DNA from: Phoronis australis
Taxonomy: Eukaryota; Animalia; Phoronida
Assembly: GCA_002633005.1 (NCBI GenBank)
Contig: NMRA01001110.1
Span: 1 to 53,848 of the forward strand
Length of the DNA: 53,848 bases
Reading direction: 5' to 3'
The notes below the pieces were generated by a model that did no database searches, had not been told where the DNA came from, and worked only from the letters and a program-made list of their open reading frames with translations. Positions within the stretch are counted from its first letter, which is position 1. Every line of letters begins with the position of its first letter. A program made the position numbers and the translations under genes. Shown in pieces: positions 52,701-53,848 of the stretch.

Positions 52701-53018
52701 TGAAATTAAGAAAAGCAATACTTGCAGCAATATCTAATTTATCAACAGAAATGAATATCATTGTTAGTGTAAGTGTCAAAGTGTATTTAACATGGCCCTT
52801 GCTCTGGTGAAAAGGAATTTTGGACATGCCAGTGGGATGTAACTGACAAATTATAGACAAAGCTCGGCTCCGAAATGATCCTCTGTGACATATTATGGTG
52901 AAGAGTCAGGCAGTTCTCCAGAAGTAACTAACTGTTCTGTCCAAACCTTAAAATCGCGTTATTTTCGTGGCCTTAACCTTTTTGACGAGAGAATGACTGC
53001 AGGATTAGCTTCACTCAT

Positions 53019-53085
53019 GTTCACGAAGACCGCATTTATGAAGTCATTTCCTCCATCGTCATCAAGTAAGGACGAGATCGCCCAA
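53019..53085 (-). pseudogene. PTP exon (RPYL..DFINA), frameshifted, donor GT>AT
   Basis: cag|GRSRPYLM[fs]DGGNDFINAVFVN|atgagt. Confidence 0.88.
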
Positions 53086-53511
53086 CTGAAATGATGCACA
53101 GAACACCGTATTAAAAAGTATTTTTAACTGACAACAAACAGTTCCACCCAATTGAAATATGGCGATGTATGGGCTTCAACCAAGGAAAAAGTATGAAACG
53201 TCGCTAGATAATGAAAGCTTGCCGGCTGTTTCAGGGTGGAATACCGATTTTATTTTCCCCATGAACATGTTCAGAGCGAAAGTAACACTACATGTATTAG
53301 TGAGAACCAGAGTTTGCACAACTTAGCCATGTCACCCTTTAAAGGTAATGATGGGTATAACGGGGTTGATGATCGATATTCACATATAAAGTTATGAGGT
53401 GGGCTTAACTAAATCAACAAAATCAGCTTCGAGTTTCAGTTTTCACTTCAAAATGGTAATTTTCCTCGTGCTGTAACTCAAAAGGTATCAACTGAAAAAC
53501 TTTAAACCCAC

Positions 53512-53611
53512 GTGGTAGAATGTTTGGATCTCTATTCTTGGAAGAGTTTTCTTTCAGTTTCCCAGCGGCATACTCCTCGGCGTCTGCAGCCAGGCGCAGT
53601 CGATTTAGAGT
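53512..53611 (-). pseudogene. PTP exon (KNR, 100 nt)
   Basis: tag|TLNRLRLAADAEEYAAGKLKENSSKNRDPNILP|gtgggt. Confidence 0.9.
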
Positions 53612-53759
53612 CTACAATGAGAGCCAATGACCGAGATTATAACGAGTAAGAACTGAATTACATAAATTTGACTTTACCAAGTACTACGCACTAAGCATCA
53701 CTTCCGTTAGGATTACATGTAGATCTACCTCTGAAAAGAGAATCAACTTCAACAATGTC

Positions 53760-53848
53760 TACAACAACAACGACGCGACGACGACGCGACGACGACGCGA
53801 CGACGACGACGATGACAACAACCACCACTATGACAATAATAACATAAG
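53760..53848. repeat. Compound (ACA/ACG)n repeat with 11-bp gacgacgacgc units
   Basis: acaacaacaacgacgcgacgacgacgcgacgacgacgcgacgacgacgac. Confidence 0.9.

Larger units (their letters stand above)
38544..53611 (-). pseudogene. Receptor-type protein tyrosine phosphatase, membrane-distal D2 domain exons (intron-containing, probably pseudogenized; 5' part beyond window)
   Basis: Seven AG/GT-bounded exons with PTP motifs in correct order: 53611-53512, 53085-53019, 46490-46356, 43483-43396, 43131-42968, 39160-39025, 38618-38544. Three of them carry lesions. Confidence 0.9.

Overview
Repeat-dominated eukaryotic (animal, probably marine invertebrate) genomic window with three single-N assembly joins (4966, 14838, 31793). 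There are no prokaryotic features. The only host-gene material I can support is seven spliced exons of a receptor-type protein tyrosine phosphatase D2 domain on the minus strand (38544-53611). These exons are absent from the ORF track, carry a stop, frameshifts and a broken donor, and have introns inflated by transposons. The rest is a nested transposon graveyard: a Tx1/L1-clade LINE inside a CCCAG-ended DNA transposon, an internally deleted RTE LINE with a TSD, a Gmr1-type (INT-before-RT) Gypsy element split at a TA by a 5.2-kb TIR element that itself holds a Tc1-like remnant, Kolobok derivatives (THAP plus a KolX-like stub), an Academ-like transposase, solo LTRs and simple repeats. The most notable observation is a predicted HDV-like self-cleaving ribozyme whose cleavage site falls at the 5' end of the RTE element. 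It has a long J1/2 and an atypical hairpin inserted in L3. All calls are by-eye motif reading and none was confirmed by search.
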